From Gracilinanus agilis (Eukaryota), in contig NC_058133.1 in the NCBI RefSeq assembly GCF_016433145.1, positions 112,060,184-112,124,183 on the forward strand: 64,000 bases of DNA, in the 5' to 3' direction. The notes beneath the pieces were generated by a model. The model saw nothing but the letters and a program-made list of their open reading frames with translations. It was not told the DNA's origin and did not search any database. A program made the position numbers and the translations under genes. Of this stretch, positions 24,600 through 36,529 are shown piece by piece (position 1 is the stretch's first letter; each line of letters begins with the position of its first letter).

Positions 24600-25560
24600 C
24601 TCACACTTCCCTTTCCTACCCAAAACACTGAGCCAGGAAAATCCAGTATACTTCTTGTTCTCCACTGCCACTTCCAGACCCCGCTTCCTCTGTGGCTGTT
24701 TGCTTAAGAACCTTCTCTCTTTTGAGGTTTATTCTCTCAGTCCATATCAACCAGTCCAAATTCTTGTTGCTGCCATCTACCTGGCTCTAGTTTACATTTT
24801 TCTCAAGGACTTCATTGCTAGGCTCATAATCTTCCCTTTCCACTCCAAGTCCTGTCTCCAAACTTTGGACCATCAGTATTTATACTGCTGTCCCTTTAAA
24901 CCCCTTGGCATCTCAGTTCATCAGTGTTAGCTCCCATGATTTTCCCATGATTTCTCCCCACAGAAGTGGTAATATCTTAGACCTCACTAACACAGAATAT
25001 TGTTTAGCCTTGATGATGTTAAACTATGACATTCCTGCCTCTAATCAAAATCTCTTGTCCTTCTCCCTCTCTCTGTACTTTCCAAACCCTTTTCTGGCCT
25101 TCACTATAATCTCTAGGCCTTCCATCCCTCCCTCTTGTCTGGGTCCATCACCTTTGCTCTGGCCTCACTCTCCTCCCTTCATATTCGTAACCCTGTAGTC
25201 AAGTTTAAATATGTACTAATTAATCTCTACCCTTAAATTCCTTGTTCCCTTGTACACAAGCTGTTCAAAACTGGGTAGTGCTCTGGGTCAACACTGACTG
25301 GTCCTTCTTGCTAAGGTTAACTTGTGTCTTTGATCACATCCTCCCTACATGTTCAGATCTACTTGATGCTTTAAAAAATCATTTAACCATGATACCCCAC
25401 CAAGTTACTGTCCTTTATCTTTCCTTTTCACTGTTAAGTTCCTAGAAATAGTTGTCTACATTTTGTCTTTATTTCCTTTCCCTACATTTCTCAAATTCTT
25501 GAAATTGAGCTTCTGATTCTGTCACTCTAATGAAACCACTTGCTTCCAAATCTCTAATTA
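24600..25560 (+). mobile_element. Degraded L2 LINE fragment
   Basis: PHRSGNILDL endonuclease motif in ORF 24905-25198, followed by L2 RT-like text. Confidence 0.65.
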
Positions 25561-28547
25561 ATTAATTCAAGAGGCTGTTCTCAGGCCTTTTCAGATGGCC
25601 CAGAGGGATGACATGACTTGAATGCGACATGAGATTACAGTGGTAGTACAGAGGCAGGTTTTGAACTTGGGTCTTATTGGTTCCAAAGGCCATTCTGTGT
25701 CCATTGCTTTTGGAGTCTGGAAGCTTGTGAAAACGTGACCTTGAGTCCTATTGTTATCATTTACCAGAATTTAAAAAAAAAAAAAAACTTGCTAATTACC
25801 TTGCTGAACCTGTTTTATAAAGTTGTTTTTAATATCATTTTAGTTATTGGTGGGGATATATGATTTCAGTATTGTCAGGAACTCCTAATGTGGATGGTCA
25901 ATTCAATAATCATTTGTTAAGAGAGCCTCTGATATGCTAGGGAGGGATATTAGAATGTATTTATGATCTCAATTATTTTGTGAGTTCCTTCCAATTATGC
26001 AGATTGAAACTTATCCATACTTTCCCATCCAATGAGATTCTGGTCCATAACCTCCAACAGGGGCCTTCCTCAATATTTGTGACATCTTGAATTTATTAAT
26101 GTAGTTAATAATAATCTGGATATGGACCTGGCATAACTAAATAACCAGCTCATCCCCATCTTCTTTCTTTCATCCTTTTCTTTCCTCCTGCTATTCTTTG
26201 GAATTCCTTGTTGGTTATATGCCCCATCTCCCCATATGTCATTCCATTGCCCTGTGGGTGATGCTTACCTCTGAGTCTTTGGAAGAAGTGGTATTCTAGA
26301 ATCTTAGTGACACAAAGACAGAAATGAAACAAATAGCCCCTGATCTCAAGGAGCTTATTATGTTTTAATAGGTGTCCTTGCTTTAAGTCTCTCTCCATTC
26401 TGCACAATTGCCAATTTTATTATTCTAAATCATATGTGTGACCTCTTGCTCATTAAGCTCCTGTGTACCTTATTTGAACCAGGTTCAAAGAGAAAGTCTT
26501 TTGGCATTCAAAGTCCTTCATAATTTAATGTCCTCCTACATTTCCAGTCTTTTTGTACTTGTTCTCCTTCTTGCATTTTATGATCTTGTTATTCTGGCTT
26601 ATCATATTCCTGAATATAGCAGTCATTTCTGAACTTGGTGCCTTTGCACTATCTGACTCCTAGGCCTCAAATTCTCTGTGCCCTCCCCTATGCTTCTTAG
26701 TCACCAAACTTTTCTTCCCCTGTTCCAATTACCTTCCATTTACTCTAAATATATCTTGTATGGAACTAATGGTTCATATGCTACCTCCCCCTTTAGAATG
26801 CATGTTCCATGAAGGCAAGAATTAATTTTACTTTTATTTTTTAACTTCTAGTAAGGTATCTGTGGAACATAGTAAGCATGTGACTACTGAGGAGAAAGAA
26901 ATCCTTTCTTTGTGATCTTACACAATCAACCAGGTTATAAATGTAAAATAAATACAAAATAAAACCAGTAAATCACCTGTAATTGTTACAGAGTAGCTGG
27001 GGACAGTGAAAGGCTAAGTGATTTGTTCATGGTCAACACCTTTGGTATTGGCTGCCCTACCTACCTAGCAGGTCTAACAGGAACAAAGCATACTTCTTAC
27101 AATGTTAACGAGTTATGCAGAAAGGAAGATAAGAACACCTGTAGATCCTACCTCACAGGGTAGCTTCGAGGGAGACAATTATTCTGTCTACTCTAACCAT
27201 TCAGTTCCTTAACCTACTACTCACTTCCCATAACCTATTATACCACCTCATTCATACACAAAGATGGTCATACATTTGACTTTGCCACAAATGTACCACC
27301 TCCATAATAATAATTACTCTGAATAATTCCAATCAATAATCCTAAAATTCTCTTATTTTACCATAATCTATTGACTTTCTACCTCTTCCTCTGCTTTTCC
27401 TTACCAATCCCAACTCTTCCTTCACATTTTCTCTCTTCAGCAGCCCAATGGAAGCACTTCCCCTGTCCGGAGGAAGACAGAGGGGCTCCCATTCAGCCTG
27501 AGGGTTGCAGTTTGGGCATTCAGTCTCTGAAAGGTTTGCCATCAGTGATCTAAGACATTTGTATAAGAAACCATAAAGCCAAACAGGAAGGACTTCACCA
27601 AGTCATCAAAGACTCCTAATATGGCTTAATATTCTCTTTGTTCTCCCTTCCATTGTCCATTAGATTTCTTTCAACACACATACCTGAGCTAGATATAGAA
27701 TTTGGCCTTTTTATTTTCCCCTGGGAATTCTAGTGGTACCTACAAGAGGCACAAAAGGAATAAGCTAGGTCTCACAGCTAACTAAATTACACTTTAACAG
27801 CTAACTCATTCCAACTCAGTTGTGTTTTATTTTGTTAGGAGGTTTAATATAATTGCTGATTAATTTGGACATTTGCACCAAATTGCCCAGAGTATTCTTT
27901 AATTTTTTTTGTAAATTACCATGTATTCAATATCTATGAAGAACTGTAGAATGTAATTAATTTTTAATCTGATGTCAGAAGAATTTGGGAAAGAATTGTG
28001 GAGCCTGATAATTTTTATGCATAAAGTTGTAACAGGACATAGTTGTATTCAATCCTAAATATGACTGGAGAGAACTGCCATTTGGGGTTAAACTGTATGA
28101 GCATGTAATTAGGAGAAATGCTATGGAACAAATTGATCTATGATCTCAGTACCTCCGTGGGGTGTCTCCTGGCATATAGTTCTCCTGCATGTACAGTTCT
28201 GTATCATGGGAAAGCTCTGTTGGCTTTCCTGGAAAGAAACTTATTTTATACCTAGCACATATTATACATGGCTATATATCATGGCCAACTTCTACCTGGC
28301 TTAATTAATACTCCAAATGAGGAAGCCCTTTTCCCTTATTTTAGCTATATCTCTCTTTTTTCCTGTTATGTCAAGTTTTCTATAATCATGAAAGGTAATA
28401 TAGTTCTAGATAGGCAATGCTGAGACATATGGGAACTGAAGATGCAGGTATGTAGAATTTTAGTTATTCAAACAATCACTAGAAAAGAATGACCTACGAT
28501 CCTATTCCCTCAAAAAGAAATCCAATCACTTGGATGTGGTGTTTAAA

Positions 28548-28700
28548 NNNNNNNNNNNNNNNNNNNNNNNNNNNNNNNNNNNNNNNNNNNNNNNNNNNNN
28601 NNNNNNNNNNNNNNNNNNNNNNNNNNNNNNNNNNNNNNNNNNNNNNNNNNNNNNNNNNNNNNNNNNNNNNNNNNNNNNNNNNNNNNNNNNNNNNNNNNNN
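28548..28700. other. Assembly gap (153 N)
   Basis: Run of N; true length unknown, so distances across it are unreliable. Confidence 0.99.
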
Positions 28701-29654
28701 AGAATTCAAGGGAACTGAAATAAACCTGAAATAATGGTTAATGTGAGTGAACTGTCCAATCCATTTGAACATGATTATGGTTATTAAATAAAGTAAGTTA
28801 AAAGATGTTGTTTTTAGATTCTCAGCATCTTGTTCTCCAGAAGGGGAAAATAAGAATGCTGAATTAGCATCTCATCCTTTACATGAGGAAGTAAGAAATT
28901 TGAACTTAGTTTTTGAATTTAATTTTTAATTTTGAGAATTTTGAATTTAACTTTAAAATGGTTTTGAAACTGAAATTGTCATCTGGAATTGATAATCTGA
29001 TATATGCTTGAGCAGAGACATCTAAAAAAATGTTGTTTTGGTTTTATAAGAGGATACTCAGGATTTTTATTTGTATTAGCTGGTATTTCTTTTTATTTTT
29101 TCCACAAATAGCAATTTGTATTATTTCCAGGTTTACAAATCTTGATAAACCTGTGTTGTTTTTTTTAATTTTATGTTTATTTCTAAAGTTCAGTATATAT
29201 CTATTTTTATTTAATGTTGCTTTTACTATGCAATTACTTGTTGTGTTTTCTTAGTATTTTAGTATTTTCTTAGGCTCATATATTTCTATTTATTATAAGT
29301 AGATTTTAATAGAATTGTAATAAGATGTTAAAAGCTAACTAAAGAGGTTACTTTTTAATATTGTTCTAAGCACCAATATCAAATAACTTTTAAGGACCAT
29401 TAGAACATTATAATAAATCCAAATTACTGAAATCTACTTTGGCTGACAGCAGAATTCAGTCCTCTATATACTCATGAGCAAATATCTGAAGAGTTAATCA
29501 GTTCCTATTTGAGAATTTGGTTATGGATTTCCCATGTTTTCTTTTCTAGCAATGAAATTGTCCGAGAACCTTATTGCAAAGAAGCCCCCTACAAAAAAGA
29601 AGAAAGTTATTGGAGTATACCTCAGACCTTTAGTACTTGAAAGATGTGATAGAC

Positions 29655-30093
29655 CAATGATGGTGAACCTTTTAGAGGAGTGCCAGGTCCTCCCCACCCC
29701 AACCTGGCCCCTCGCTCCCCACCCTACCTTACCCCAGACAGGGGAGAGAGGAAAGGCTCCCATTTGGCTGCTGGTGGAAGGGTGGAGAAAGTGAAAAAAA
29801 TGTCCTCAGGGTGGGTGAAGAGGGGGAGGGGAGTGGCCCTAGCACTCTACTTCCCTCCAGGTTTGATACCTGTGAGCTGCTCACCTAACCCACTGTGCGC
29901 TCCTATAAGGGCTGCTGGGCAGAGGGGTGGGGATGTGAAAAAATGTCATCAGTTTGGTAGAGAGAGAGAAAGGACCAACTCTACACCTCTGCCTTTCTAG
30001 TAAGGAACTGGGAGAGAAGGGGCAGCTTGCATGCCCACAGAGAATGCTCTGTGTGCCATCTTTGGCACCCATGCCATAGGTTCATCATCATTG
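29655..30093. mobile_element. hAT MITE copy 2
   Basis: 16-bp TIR CAATGATGGTGAACCT/AGGTTCATCATCATTG (15/16); 8-bp TSD TGATAGAC (29647-54)/TGATAGAA (30094-101). Confidence 0.9.
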
Positions 30094-30631
30094 TGATAGA
30101 ATGTGGGAAATGGGGTAGTTTTTTTTTTTTTTCTGTTAAGATCTTGCAGAAGCAAGAGTGCCTATGTTCTGGCAGTCAATGAATCTCTGCTAATGGGGAG
30201 CCAACCCCAGAAGTCAAATGTCCCATGATTAAGCTTCTTGTCTCCCCTTCCACCTTTGGTAAAGGACAGCTAGACTGTCCTAGGCACATTGCCTTGCCCT
30301 TTGACCTGCCATTCTTGATTCTTGGCTGGTCCTGTCTCTCCTTCAACCCAGTGTGTGTGCTGTTGTGAGGAAGATTACATAGTCTTCCTCACAACAGTAC
30401 CCACAAACCATTAGGACACATTTACATCCCTGGTGCCACCACTTTTTTTACAGTCCCTTGTTATGGTCAGTGGTGGAACTGCTATGACCAGGCTTGGAAA
30501 ATGACAACCTTTTTTTTTTTTTTTTTTTTTTAATGAAAACTCGAAATTTATCCTTCTCCCTTAGAAACTTGCCTTCAAGAAAGTTACTGACTGACCCTTG
30601 CTCCAGACTGAAAAATTGGCCACCAAACATA

Positions 30632-30930
30632 TGTAAGATTAAAATTAATATCTAATAATTCCAAGTATTATATTTTATAAGGTTTATTAGTAATCACTTG
30701 AAATAGAAAGAAAATAAACTAAAAGAAATAGAAATTTAAACCTAATTATCTAACAAAAATTAAACCACTTGTGTAGATTCTCCTGCCTAGCATAAAGCCA
30801 GCTTTCCCAACCACAAAGCTAGAGGCAGGGCTACACAAAACTTATATCCTCCCCACCTTAGCACTTAACGTGAGAAGGAACATGGGAAGCTGGGAAAGAG
30901 AGCTCTAGGGTTCAAAATTCTAATTACACA
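30632..30930 (-). mobile_element. Solo LTR (299 bp) ~1.5 kb upstream of the ATG
   Basis: TGTAAG...TACACA ends; TSD CATA/CATG; extensive identity to 53752-54040. Confidence 0.78.
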
Positions 30931-31476
30931 CATGCTTTGAACACTGAATAGAAGTGGTGGAATTATGAGTCATAGGTATTCGTTTATAATTATAAGTATG
31001 CTTTTTGTCTTCTTGGTTTCTCATTGTATTTTGGCCTCTCCCAGATACCCTAGCTTCAAGGCTATCACTACTATTCACTATTCTTTTCAGAGCTTCTGTG
31101 TAAGCTAGTCAGTTGTCCTTCATTTCATATATTCCCTAAGGTATAAATATTACTCTAAGTTCAAAGGAAATTCCCATCCTTGCTGTTCTTCTGGGAGACA
31201 GTGTTTCCAGAGTCTTGGAGCTGAGTGATTCTGTGTGGTGTGTGTATATGACTCTGTATGGAGGCCAGCCATAAGAGAATTAAATCCCTTGTCCTGATTA
31301 GAGACCTGTTCTTTGGTAACTGCTTTATTGGTTCAATGTTTTTTCAAGTTGAAACTTCAGACTTATCTTTTACTTATTTTTGGATACCTAGGGCTTAGCA
31401 CAGTGCCTGGCCCATTGTAGGTGCTTAATAAATGCTTATTAAGTGACTACAAATAAATGGGAGATATTATTATCTT

Positions 31477-31725
31477 GGGGACAACTAATTGGCGCAGTGG
31501 ATAGAGTACTGCACCCGGATTCACCAGGCCCTGAGTTCAAATTATGCCCCGCACACTTAACTGGGTGATCTTGGGCAAGTCCTTTAACCTGTTTTCCTCA
31601 GTTTCCTCTGCTGCAAAATGGGCAGCCAGGAGAAGGAAATGCTAAACCACTTCCATATCTTCGCCTAGAAAATCCCATAAAAACGGGGTCAGGAAGAATC
31701 CAAAACGACTTAACAATAACAACAA
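31477..31725 (+). mobile_element. MAR1-type (core/RTE-tail) marsupial SINE
   Basis: Core-SINE body plus GGAGAAGGAAATG..AAACCAC..CAT tail; related copies at ~22650-22885 and ~46945-47170. Confidence 0.75.
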
Positions 31726-31979
31726 AAATAATTACCCTTATAATGCACCCAAGGGATACAGGGCTAAGATGCTCCTCTTCGGTTTTCCTGAGGGATGTCA
31801 AGGCTCTGGCCCTTGGAAATTCTAATTAATTTTCCTATTATCATTTCTCCTTTAGGCAATCAGGGTCAGGCACCAACCGCAGGGCTCAAACTTCCTAGCC
31901 TGGGGGCGGTTTGCATGAGAAAGAGAAATGAAAATAATTAGGGCGGTAGGAGGGGGCATTGCCTGAGGGGGGCTCCAGA

Positions 31980-32880
31980 AACAACTACAACAAACTCCTA
32001 CAAGCCTGTGGGAAGCCTCCCATCTGAAGCAGGGCGTGTCCTGCGAGGCAGATTCTGGAGCCATTCAGGCTTCCGGTCTGCCAATTGGAGGGGGGTTCGG
32101 GAACCAGCGGAAGTGCCTTTCCCACTCCCCCGTACCTTCCGGTTCTTCTCTCTCCTCCGCTTCACCCCGCCCCCGACAGTCTCAGGAGGCGGAGCAGCGT
32201 TACAGTCAAAGTTAGGGCGGCGCCGCCTCCTTCCAGGAAACGCTTCCCTTTTCCCTCTTACCCAGCCCCTTACAGCACCCTCCCTAAGAGGGGGGTCCTA
32301 CCCAGAGCCAGCTCCTGGCCCTGCCAGTTAACGGGGAGCGGACACGCCTGGTAGGGAGAGAAGCCAGTGCCCTTGCTCCGGCCTCCGCGTGCGTCTTCTA
32401 CGGGTGCCGGATCGCCGTCTTGGTCTTTGGCCGGGTTCGCCTCGCAGCCATGGGGGCGTGTCCCCGCCGCGGGGCCTGGCTCCTCTGGGCGTTGGCGCTG
32501 CTCGGCCTGCCGCGGGTCCGCGGTGAGGAGGGCTTGAGGAGGACGGGGGGGGGGGGAAGGTGCTGAGGGAGGGATGCGGTGGGGACGGCCACCTACCCTT
32601 TGCCCACCCCACCGGCCCCTCAACTTCCCGCCTAATGGGGTGCGCACCAGGCTCCCTTCCTGTGGCTAATAACTCCAGTCTTTTAGATGAGGTTGTAATG
32701 ACCCACGCTTTGGGGGATTCTGGCTTTCCAAAATGCTCACAATCGCACTGTGGATTTATGGAAATGGATTCCAAGTCTTTCCATGAATCTGGCGTCTATC
32801 GATCACCAGCTGTGTGTCGGGCTCTCCGGACCACAGGCTGAGAATGAAGATAAAAACGAGGCCTTTTGCCGGCCTCAATC
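31980..32880. promoter_or_regulatory. CpG island / TATA-less promoter of the CD55/CD46-like gene
   Basis: Only strongly CpG/GC-rich stretch in the window. ETS/GABP-type sites CTTCCGG (32070-76, 32136-42) and CGGAAGTG (32108-15), CCAAT (32081-85), GC boxes CCCCGCCCCC (32165-74) and GGGCGG (32215-20). Sites are motif matches only. Confidence 0.85.
32450..32522 (+). CDS. CD55/CD46-like: Exon 1: signal peptide MGACPRRGAWLLWALALLGLPRVR(G)
   Basis: ATG in strong Kozak context (gcagccATGG) inside CpG island; hydrophobic leader ending LGLPRVRG/NC, like human CD55 LCLPAVWG/DC; donor G|GTGAGG at 32523, phase 1. Confidence 0.93.
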
Positions 32881-34402
32881 TAATCAATTCGGGGGATAAT
32901 CGAGCTTGGTAAATTGTCTAAGGGGGTTACTGGAAAGAAGGAAGACCAGGATTTTTTGGATAGCCTTTAAAGACCAAGGGGGAGTGGGTTTCGCGGCAAC
33001 CCACCTCGCCCCAATTTTTGTTTGTTTTTTATTTTTGTCTAGAGAAAGAAACCTTAGAATAACCGAATAGCCTCACTGAATGAATTTTTTTTTTAAACCC
33101 TTACCTTCCAGCTTAGAATCAATACTGTATTAAAAAAAACAAAGACTCATGTTCTGTCTTAGAATTGATCATTTTGTTTTGGTTCCTAGGCAGAAGAAAG
33201 GATTAGAAAATGGGGGTTAAGTGACTTGCGCCAGGATCACTCAGCTAGGAAGTGTCTGAGGCTACATTGGAACCTAACACCTCTTATCTCTAAACCTGGC
33301 CCTCAATCCACCTAGCTGGCCCCAGGGGTGACTACCATACTAGAACGAAAGAAGTTACCCATCCAAAGAATTTCTAGGTGGTGGCGTTTTTGATCACAGA
33401 GAGAATGGATAGATGAGGTATCTTTGTTTTAAGTTGCCTAAGAAAGTTGTGTTATTGTGACCTGTATCTGGGGTTAATATGGGGGACAAATAAAGGCGGG
33501 GATGGTTTGCACTAATGCTGATTTGAGCAAACAATACTGAAAGAGTATGGAACGCCCCACTTGTAATACTATCTTATACAGCTCTTAAGTTGGAAGAAAC
33601 GCTCTTCAAATCCTAATATTAGTGTAGAATTATTGTGTGTGCTTTTTTTTAAGTTATAACTGAATCATTAGTCCAATTTGAAGTTGACTGAATCAAAAAG
33701 AAGGAATGAAAAAAAGGGTATTCAGAGTTGACTGCCATTCCATATATGCCCTTCCTTTCTAAAATTACTTGAAAATAATCATTTCACTGGTGGGTTTAGG
33801 GCTCTACAGGGAGAATTGTTTTATAGTAATAATTCATACTTTGTTAGAGCAGTTGAAAGCTCAAATCTTGGAGCTGTTTCTATTGATGTAGGACTAGAAA
33901 GGGAACTAGAGATTGTTCAATGAGGTTTCAAAATCAAATCTTTGATTAACACAATGCCTCCCTAAAACATAAATTCGTGCTGGTAATTTTTGTTAGTAAT
34001 TTTAACTGTGATATGACCCAAATCATACCAAACTTTTTCTATAAATATATATATACCAAGCATAAAAAGAAACCTGTTTTTGTAGTTGAAAAGGAGGAGA
34101 AAGGAATCAGCTTTTCTATAGTGCCACTCTATGCCAGAAACTGTGCTAAGCACTTTACAAATATTAACTCATTCCATGCTTTAAAATAACCCTCACAATA
34201 ACCCTATTGCTGTTATCCTCATTTTTCAGTTGAGGAAACTCAGGCAAAGAATTTAAGTGACTTTCCTAGGGTCTTACAGCTAGTGACCATCTGAGGCTGG
34301 ATTTGAAAATATGCTTAGAAAAAATAAGATTCTTTTCATGAATAACTCTCCATTCTCGATGGAATTGGGTATGGTTTGTAATTGTATAATCACTTTTTTT
34401 AG

Positions 34403-34591
34403 GTAATTGTAGTACTCCTCCAACAATTCCTTATGCTCATCCAGAAGAAAGCTATGATGCTGATAAAACCTTTGGTGATGGAGACACCATAACTTACAAA
34501 TGTGATACTGGTTATGCTAAAATACCTGGAAAATCAAACTCAGTTACTTGCCAGGGTGCGGAATGGTCAAAAATCCCACAATTTTGTAATC
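34403..34591 (+). CDS. CD55/CD46-like: Exon 2: CCP1 (CD55 CCP1-like)
   Basis: ttttttttag acceptor, GTAAGT donor, 189 nt, phase 1-1; TITYKC...KIPGKSNSVTC...WSKIPQFCN resembles CD55 VITYKC...KIPGEKDSVIC...WSDIEEFCN. Missed by ORF track. Confidence 0.95.
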
Positions 34592-36000
34592 GTAAGTTGT
34601 TAACTTATGTTTATTTTTAAGGTAAATAGTTTGCTTGTTAAATACTAAGTACATAAACTGGATAAAGGCAGCATGGCCTGATGGATAAGACACTGGACAC
34701 AGTCTGGGTCCATATTGTGTCTCGGAGAGTTAAATAATTTTTCTGTGCCATATTTTCCTTATCTGTAAAATGAGGAGATTAGACTTAATGCCCTCTAAGG
34801 TCAAAACCAGCTCTAAATCTAGAATTCTTTGAATTTTAACATTGTAAGTAACCCTAACAGCTTATTTCTTTTTCCTATCTCCCAGTCTTTATCATTTCTC
34901 CATGTTTATTATATTTTCTTTTTCTTTCTGTAGGACCAGTTTGAAGGATATATAATGTTAAAGTTGCTTAATTTGCATTTCTTTGATCTATACTGAGGTT
35001 GAAATTTTTTTTCAAGTTATTACTGATAGGGTGCTTTTACTTATAAATTGTCCTTTTATGCAAAGTGAATTTAGACTTATCCTTTAATATTTGCTAGTTC
35101 CCTATTTTAGATGCTGAGTTGTCATATAATTTTTGATATAATATTTCTATTGTGTCTTATACATAGTAAACCTTAATATTTGTTTTATTGAATTATTGGA
35201 TGTTTTTTGTTTATAATTTTATTCTGTTGAATTAGTATGACTTGCTCTATAATTTCTTGTATTCCTTTAATAATTTTATATGCCCATCACAACTGAGATA
35301 AAACATTCTCCTTTTAATTTTTAATGATTATGTTTTCATGTTTAAGTCTATAATATAGATACCACTTTTTATGTATAAGTTGCTTAAGTTTTGTTTTTTG
35401 TCATATTGCTCTCTGGTTTTCCAAAAAATATTTGTTAAATAATCCTTAGTCTAACTTTTATTTTCCACAAAATTGATCAAACCATATACACATACATATG
35501 AATATGTGCGGATCTGTTTCTATGATCTTTATTCCACTCCATTGGTCTTCTCCCCCCTCCCCTCCCACACAAATGAAATAATTTTGGTAATCAGCACCAC
35601 TCAGTTCAAAATTTATAGGGAGACTTAGACAGGAATTGAACAGGATTAAGAGGGTGGGGGTGTTACATTCTGCAATGTTGGAAGGAGCACTCATATTCAG
35701 TAAGATATTTTCTGACTCATACTTCACTTATTTAAAGGCACTTAGCAAGCAGCCTCCATGAGGTAGTATACAGCAAAGAACCAAAAGTAAACAAACATAG
35801 GCCTCTTAAGAGGCCAAAATAGATATGATGAAGTCTTGACAGTAATGGTTCTTGTATTTTAGGGATGATACTTTCCTCATAGGTTAATCTATTTTACACA
35901 TTTCTAAGTTTGTTAGCTATCTGATTTCAAAGCCCATGCTAAGTTAGAAAGCAACAAATTATAGAATCCCAAAATCTGAATTGGAAGGGACCTTATAGGT

Positions 36001-36525
36001 CAATGATAGCGAACCTTTTAGAGATGGAAGATGGAATGCCAGGCCCTGTCCCCACCCACCTCTACCACCCCTAGACCAAGTGTCAGGCTTGCCCCTCCAG
36101 AGACTGCATACTGTGCCCCTTCCCTCTACCACATGCTGGGTATGCGGGGGGCGGGGAGGCTCCCCTCAAACTGTTTCCATTGGGCTGCTGGATGGAGAGG
36201 TAGGTGAAGTGAGGAATGTCTTCAGTAAGTATAGAGAGGGGGAAGGGAGTGGCCTGAGCTCTCCTCTCCCCTTCAGTTTTGCCACCTGTGAGCTGTCCAC
36301 CTTACCCCCTGTGCATTCCCATTGGGCTGCTGAGTGGAGGGTCAGGGATGTGAAAAAATGTCATCAGGCATGGTGAAGAGGGGGAGGGGAACAACTCTGC
36401 TTGAGTCCCTCTGCCTTTCTAGTAATGAACTCTGTGGGGTAGAGTGGGAAGGGAGGGTGGCCATATGCCCACAGAGAGTACTCTGCTTGCCATCTTTGGC
36501 ACCCGTGCCATAGGTTCGCCATCAC
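36001..36525. mobile_element. hAT MITE copy 3 (intron 2)
   Basis: CAATGATAGCGAACCTTTT...CCATAGGTTCGCCATCAC; internal sequence matches copies 1-2; right terminal bases and TSD lost. Confidence 0.85.
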
Positions 36526-36529
36526 ATAT

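Noticed and set aside
27840-28300. Semi-open frames: KYDWRELPFGVK (RT-like) on +, ILWAIWCKCPN and KLKNTLGNL on -
   Set aside because: No YxDD or integrase motifs at expected distances and many stops. It may be an ancient retroelement, but I cannot assign it; a tBLASTx or HMM search would decide.
28489-28772. ORFs spanning X runs
   Set aside because: Artefacts of the N gap.
32008-32841. Several 64-148 aa ORFs on both strands over the CpG island
   Set aside because: Expected in GC-rich, stop-poor DNA; low-complexity Pro/Arg/Gly products. The real coding part is only 32450-32522.
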